This document shows, piece after piece, positions 18,206 to 18,287 of a stretch of 18,287 nt of DNA. The position numbers and the translations under genes are program-made. The stretch spans positions 1-18,287 of the forward strand of contig NW_021824611.1 of NCBI RefSeq assembly GCF_006345805.1, read 5' to 3'. This DNA is from Octopus sinensis (Eukaryota). The notes under the pieces are model-generated. The model worked only from the letters and a program-made list of their open reading frames with translations. It made no database searches and was not told the DNA's origin. The first letter of the stretch is position 1, and the number at the start of each line of letters is the position of its first letter.

Positions 18206-18287
18206 GTCGTAGCTATAGTGTTTTCGTAAGGAAAAACTAACCAGAAAGCTTTTACGTGGTACCTGGATATACCAAATATAACTATCG

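Overview
Strongly AT-rich, repeat-saturated eukaryotic DNA, probably intronic or intergenic. The SINE and LINE families and the extreme microsatellite load look like an Octopus (coleoid cephalopod) genome; this is inferred from pattern recognition, not from a database search. No complete protein-coding gene is supported, and almost all ORF-track entries are translations of (TA)n, (CA)n, (TATG)n or (AAT)n tracts. Recognisable content: (1) a 5'-truncated, decayed R4/Dong-like non-LTR retrotransposon (RT thumb, broken CCHC knuckle, restriction-like endonuclease) sitting in a (CATA)n tract at 2764-4245. (2) The 3' tip of an RTE/BovB-like LINE at 15150-15368. (3) About a dozen copies or fragments of three tRNA-headed SINE families, including an intact copy with a 10-bp TSD and a head-to-tail dimer with a 13-bp TSD. 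(4) The most interesting signal: several short non-microsatellite islands embedded in (TA)n tracts that are fold-back palindromes (arms of about 27-134 bp) and/or carry hammerhead-ribozyme-like motifs, consistent with remnants of Penelope-like element termini. (5) A few weak plus-strand exon candidates whose reading phases are compatible but whose product is not recognisable.
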